The translations under genes were made by a program, and so were the position numbers. A DNA stretch of 64,000 nt from positions 608,001 to 672,000 of the forward strand of contig JAWLHY010000003.1 of the NCBI GenBank assembly GCA_041690135.1. The letters are read 5' to 3'. Positions within the stretch are counted from its first letter, which is position 1; each line of letters starts with the position of its first letter. Positions 59,948 to 64,000 of this stretch are shown piece by piece. This DNA is from Armatimonadota bacterium (GTDB lineage Bacteria > Armatimonadota > SYMT01). The notes below the pieces were generated by a model. That model searched no databases. It was not told where the DNA came from and saw nothing but the letters and a program-made list of their open reading frames with translations.

Positions 59948-60945
59948 ACCCGGTATGTCTTCCGCCTCCAGTGAGTTGTAAGCCAGGCCGTGCCGCCGTT
60001 CAGGGCCAGCAGGAGGCCGATCAGGACGAGGGCGGAGGCGCAGGCGCCGCCGTCGCCGCCGGAGACGTTCATGGAGAGGTCGTAGATGTGGACCGAGAGC
60101 GCGCGCCCGGAGTCGTGGAGCGACTCCGGCATGCGGTCCACGTAGCCGCTGGTGAAGACCAGGGCGGCCGTTTCCGCCAGGGCGCGCCCGATCCCCAGCA
60201 CCAGGCCCGCCGCGAGGGCCGGCAACGCGGCAGGGAGCAGGATCCGGAAGAGGGTCGTGGTCGGCGAGAGCGACAGCGCGGCCGCGGCCTGGCGATATTC
60301 GGTGGGGACGGCTCGCAGCCCTTCCTCCGCAAGGCGGATGAAGAGCGGCAGCACCATGCACGCCAGGGTGAGGCCACCCGCCAGGATGGAGAACCGCAGC
60401 CCCAGCAGCTTGCAGAAGAGGGCGTTGCCGAACAGGCCGAAGACGATGGAAGGCATGCCGGCGAGCACATCCAGGCTGCGGCGGACCCAGCGCCCGGACC
60501 GGGTACCGGCATGGGAGAACTCCGCCAGGAAGACGGCGGCCGGCGCTCCCACCGCCACGGAGCTGACCATCGCCACCCCCAGAATGAGTAGCGTGGAGAC
60601 AAGGATCGGGCCGATGCCGCCGGACCGCCCCGCATCGGCGGGGGGCGTGGTCAGGAAGGCCAGAGAAAGGCGCGCCGCGCCCTGAAAGGCGACCGCGGCC
60701 AGCAGCCAGGCGAAAACACCCGCCACGAGCCCCGCGGCACCCCAGACGACTACCGCGGCCAGCCGGTCCGCCCGGAACGCGCGGTTAAGCAGAACTGCAG
60801 AGGGCTCGCCCCCGTCCCTGAGCTGGCGAGCTTGCCCGTATGGAACCGCGGCCGGCCGCCGGAGAGTTGGTCCGCTTCTTCCGCGTCCTTCCGCGTGTTC
60901 CGCGGGCATAATTCGCTTTCTCATTCCGTGGTCTTTTCTAGACAT
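59944..60945 (-). CDS. pstA: Phosphate ABC transporter permease (start uncertain)
   Basis: GGIGPILVST, GMPSIVFGLFG, GRALAETA. Confidence 0.88.
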   Translation of the reverse strand: MSRKDHGMRKRIMPAEHAEGRGRSGPTLRRPAAVPYGQARQLRDGGEPSAVLLNRAFRADRLAAVVVWGAAGLVAGVFAWLLAAVAFQGAARLSLAFLTTPPADAGRSGGIGPILVSTLLILGVAMVSSVAVGAPAAVFLAEFSHAGTRSGRWVRRSLDVLAGMPSIVFGLFGNALFCKLLGLRFSILAGGLTLACMVLPLFIRLAEEGLRAVPTEYRQAAAALSLSPTTTLFRILLPAALPALAAGLVLGIGRALAETAALVFTSGYVDRMPESLHDSGRALSVHIYDLSMNVSGGDGGACASALVLIGLLLALNGGTAWLTTHWRRKTYRV

Positions 60946-61810
60946 GCCGGGTTCTCCGTTCCGCGAACTCCGCCGCGAGGACGAAGAAGACGATCGCCGC
61001 CGCCAGCGCAAGGCCGCTCACGAAGAGGGCCGCCCGGTGGCTCCCCTGGGCGTAGGCCATCTCCAGCGCGATGTTCGCCGTGAGCGTGCGGACCGGGTCG
61101 AACAGGCCGCGCGGTACCTGCACTACGTTGCCGCAGACCATCAGTACGGCCATCGTCTCCCCCAGGGCGCGCCCGGTCGCCAGGATCACCCCGGCAATCA
61201 GCGCCGGCCGGGCCGCCGGCAGCGCCACCTGGGAAACGGTGGTCCAGCGCGAGAGCCCCAGTGCCGCCGCTGCCTGCAGGTACTCCGTGGGGACGGCCCG
61301 CAGCCCCGCCTCCACGGTGAGGGCGAGGGTCGGCAGCACCATCAGCGCCAGAATCAGGATCGCGGCGAGGAGGCTGGCGCCGGGAGGGTGGAGGCGGTTG
61401 ATCAGCGGCACCAGCACCACCAGCCCCCAGAGCCCGAACACCACGGAGGGGGTGCCGGCGAGGAGCTCGAGCATCCGGCGATAAAGGGCCGCCAGCCGGG
61501 GCGGCGCGTAGAAGCAGCAAAACACGGCCGACAGAAGACCCAGCGGTCCGGCCAGGAACAGCGCTCCCGCCGCCGCCAGCGTGGTGCCCACGAGCATGGG
61601 GCCCAGGTTGAACCGTCCCTGGGTCGGATACCAGCCCCGGTCCGTCAGAAAACGCAGCGGGCCGGTGGCATGCAACACCGGCGCGGCTTCCAGCGCCAGG
61701 AACAGCACCATCAACACCACGAGCAGCCCCGCCCCCACCGCCGCCAGGCGCGCGGTACCGTGGAGGAGAGCATCCGCCTGTGCCCGGCGGCGACTACTCG
61801 GTCTGCCCAT
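60938..61810 (-). CDS. pstC: Phosphate ABC transporter permease
   Basis: ELLAGTPSVVFGLWG, GRALGETMAVLMVCGN, RTLTANIA. Confidence 0.9.
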   Translation of the reverse strand: MGRPSSRRRAQADALLHGTARLAAVGAGLLVVLMVLFLALEAAPVLHATGPLRFLTDRGWYPTQGRFNLGPMLVGTTLAAAGALFLAGPLGLLSAVFCCFYAPPRLAALYRRMLELLAGTPSVVFGLWGLVVLVPLINRLHPPGASLLAAILILALMVLPTLALTVEAGLRAVPTEYLQAAAALGLSRWTTVSQVALPAARPALIAGVILATGRALGETMAVLMVCGNVVQVPRGLFDPVRTLTANIALEMAYAQGSHRAALFVSGLALAAAIVFFVLAAEFAERRTRHV

Positions 61811-62708
61811 CCGCCACCGGTACGAAGTACTGCTTCTCCACCAGGTCCCGGACTTCCGGAGACCCGGCAAAGTCCAGGAAGGTCTTGACCAGCCCCTCCG
61901 GTTCCGTGCGGGTGACCAGGTTCAGCGAGCGGGAAAGGGGGAACTTCTCGTTCTGGACGTTCTCCGTGCTCGCCTCCACGCCGCCCACGGGCAGCAGCCG
62001 GATTGGCACCCCCTGCGTGACCTGGTACTCCGCCGCGCCGATCGAGACATAGCCCAGCGCCCGGGGGTTGCCCGCGACCGTTTTGATGCCCTGCTCGTTG
62101 TCCCCGATGATCACCTGCGCGCGGACGTCCGGGTTCTCCAGCCGGAAATACTGCAGGAACAGCTCCAGGGTGGAGCGCCCTTCCGCCTTGTGGACCACCG
62201 TAATCGGCCCCTCCCTGCCGCCGACCTCCTTCCAGTTCCTCTTCTTGCCGGTATAAATCTCCACCAACTGGGCGTCCGCCAGGCTCCGCACGAGGTTGTC
62301 GCGGTGGACGATGACGCAGATGCCGTCCCGCGCAACCGGGAAGGCGCGAAGGTCTTGCTCGTCCGGCTTCAGATTGCGGGACACCATTCCGATGGCGGCC
62401 AATCCCTGCCGCGCGTCCGCGATGCCTCGCGAGGAGCCGCCGGTCTGCACGTCCACGCGGACCCCGTCATGCTGCTGCTCGAACCGCTTGCCGATCTCCG
62501 CGGCGAGAGGCGCGACGGTACTGGAGCCGGTGAGGGTGAGCCGCCCCCCACTTGAAGCCGTCGGGGTGGCGTTCGCCTGGGCACCACCTTCCGAGTGCGT
62601 GGGAGCGCACCCGGTGAGGGCGCCCAGGATGGCCGCCGTCAGGAGGGGCAAGGCGCGGAGGCGGAAGAGGCCGCGGGGGAGCGAACGAGTTCCGAAGGCC
62701 GCAGGCAT
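61794..62708 (-). CDS. pstS: Phosphate ABC transporter substrate-binding lipoprotein
   Basis: LTGC lipobox, GSSTVAP, GGSSRG, GMVSR, PLSRSL. Confidence 0.9.
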   Translation of the reverse strand: MPAAFGTRSLPRGLFRLRALPLLTAAILGALTGCAPTHSEGGAQANATPTASSGGRLTLTGSSTVAPLAAEIGKRFEQQHDGVRVDVQTGGSSRGIADARQGLAAIGMVSRNLKPDEQDLRAFPVARDGICVIVHRDNLVRSLADAQLVEIYTGKKRNWKEVGGREGPITVVHKAEGRSTLELFLQYFRLENPDVRAQVIIGDNEQGIKTVAGNPRALGYVSIGAAEYQVTQGVPIRLLPVGGVEASTENVQNEKFPLSRSLNLVTRTEPEGLVKTFLDFAGSPEVRDLVEKQYFVPVADGQTE

Positions 62709-63009
62709 GCTCGATTTCCGTTGGACGTCAATTCATATGAACCGATGGTCAACTATTGGCGGCGGAGCCCGGGGAGTCCTTCTCCAGGGATCGGAGGCCG
62801 GCCCGGCGCCCTCTTGAGAGTTCGTTGAGAGCCTCCGGCCATAGTTCCTGGTGTCGGCCGCCCGAGGCGGGGAGATTGCATCCCCGGGAATCTGGGGATA
62901 AGGGCGTTGAACCAACCGGGGTCGGGATAGGGCCGGCCCCCGAAACAGGAACCCCGGCCGTAGGGGACTGCCGCGCAGACCGGCGGCACGTCGGGGAGGA
63001 GGGTTGAAG

Positions 63010-63423
63010 ATGCTTGGACCGGAACTGGCGGACAGCGCCGTGCTGCGGCGGATCGCCCGGCGAGTGGAAGATATCCTGGAGTCCGCCCGCGAGCGCGAGC
63101 GGAAAGGCCAGAGCCTGGCGCTAGACATCGACGCCCGGTTCCGGCTGGAAGAGGTCGGCGCGGTGCAGTTCCAGCTCGCCAGCGCCATCCTGGAAGAGGC
63201 GGGAGGCCTGGGCCAGGATGAAGTGGTCGGCGAGCTGCTGTCGCTGGGCCTGGCTTCGGTGTTGAACGGTGCCGCCCGCGCTGCGGGGATGCGCGCCGAA
63301 CTGGGCGACCTCTCCGACGATATGGATGAAGACGAGGACGAAGAGCTCCTCGGCGCGCGCCGGCTGGACCTGGAGAGCTTCCCCGGCGTGCGCGGAGCGT
63401 TCCCGGGAAGGGTTTTGAATTAG
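63010..63423 (+). CDS. Hypothetical protein, acidic C-terminal segment
   Basis: GGAGGAGG RBS, coding-like codon usage. No family recognised. Confidence 0.6.
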   Translation: MLGPELADSAVLRRIARRVEDILESARERERKGQSLALDIDARFRLEEVGAVQFQLASAILEEAGGLGQDEVVGELLSLGLASVLNGAARAAGMRAELGDLSDDMDEDEDEELLGARRLDLESFPGVRGAFPGRVLN

Positions 63424-63500
63424 CCAGAACGTGCTGCGTATTGCGTGACGCGTAGCTCGAACCACTGGGGTGAGGCTTACTGGGGGAAACGGGGGAAGGG

Positions 63501-63535
63501 AGCCGTCTGGGCCTTTAAGGGTCCGGACGGCTTTT
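63501..63535 (+). terminator. Putative intrinsic terminator
   Basis: AGCCGTCTGGGCC..GGTCCGGACGGCT stem with G-U pairs, followed by a T run. Confidence 0.55.
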
Positions 63536-63696
63536 CGTCTGGGAAGTCACCTCGCTGGCGGGTGTGGCGGTCGCCTCGTTTAGGCAGGGCACCCACTCGT
63601 GGGTTTTCACTCGCGCGGGCCAAACAGCCAGCCACCAAGGTGCTCTCTACTTCCCCGTTTCCGTCAGTCGCTGTAGTATTAGCCAGGCATCGAAGT

Positions 63697-64000
63697 ATGA
63701 ACCCCCAGGACGAAAAGACCGATCACAATCCCACCCCGGTACCGCGGCTTTACGGGCTCATCGCGCGGGCGGCGCCGGTCGGGGTGTTGTTCCGGCGGGG
63801 GCCGTCGAAGCAGGTGCTGCTCGTCTACTGGGACATGGAGCGGGATCGGTTCTATCCGGGCCAGTGGCTGAAGGGCCGGATCTACGAGCGCCGCTGCGAC
63901 CTTTCGCCGAGTGGACAACACCTGGTGTACCTGGCCGCCAATCAGAAGCCGCCCTATCATTCCTGGACGGCCGTTAGCCACCCGCCCTATCTGACGGCAG
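63697..64000 (+). CDS. Conserved hypothetical protein (partial, runs off window end)
   Basis: Not in the ORF track. Reads MNPQ..RLYGLIARAAPVGVLFRRGPSKQV..GQWLKGRIYERRCDLSPSG..SWTAVSHPPYLTA and stays open to the end. Confidence 0.75.
   Translation, partial: MNPQDEKTDHNPTPVPRLYGLIARAAPVGVLFRRGPSKQVLLVYWDMERDRFYPGQWLKGRIYERRCDLSPSGQHLVYLAANQKPPYHSWTAVSHPPYLTA

Noticed and set aside
62760-63000. Riboswitch between pstS and the hypothetical gene
   Set aside because: GC-rich hairpins are possible, but I recognised no riboswitch consensus. An Infernal scan would be needed.

Overview
GC-rich bacterial chromosomal window with about 48 genes. I found no rRNA, tRNA, CRISPR array or intact transposase. 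The prepilin-like H-X9-DG protein, DUF1501/planctomycete-cytochrome genes, several sulfatases and outer-membrane barrels suggest a diderm such as Armatimonadota or a PVC-like lineage (inference). Main blocks, in order: (1) TonB receptor-YfiR-histidine kinase-response regulator operon facing an HD-GYP regulator. (2) A BNR/sialidase-like lipoprotein with an in-frame TGA and SECIS-like hairpin, a probable selenoprotein. (3) A minus-strand six-gene metal (probably copper) operon at 12468-18377. It has a near-consensus sigma70 promoter containing a CsoR-type operator, then a Cys-rich leader ORF ending in the RAPP ribosome-arrest motif, then uncharacterised NosL-like, His-rich, beta-barrel, YHS and cupredoxin proteins. 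This is the strongest candidate for an undescribed system. (4) DUF1501, DUF1549/1553 and sulfatase genes, decayed toxin-antitoxin modules and a GxxExxY remnant. (5) A selenocysteine formate dehydrogenase operon. (6) GH1, phosphodiesterase/epimerase and pstSCAB. Intergenic DNA is rich in palindromic and short tandem repeats, some translated in frame inside genes. All family assignments come from motif recognition by eye, not database searches.
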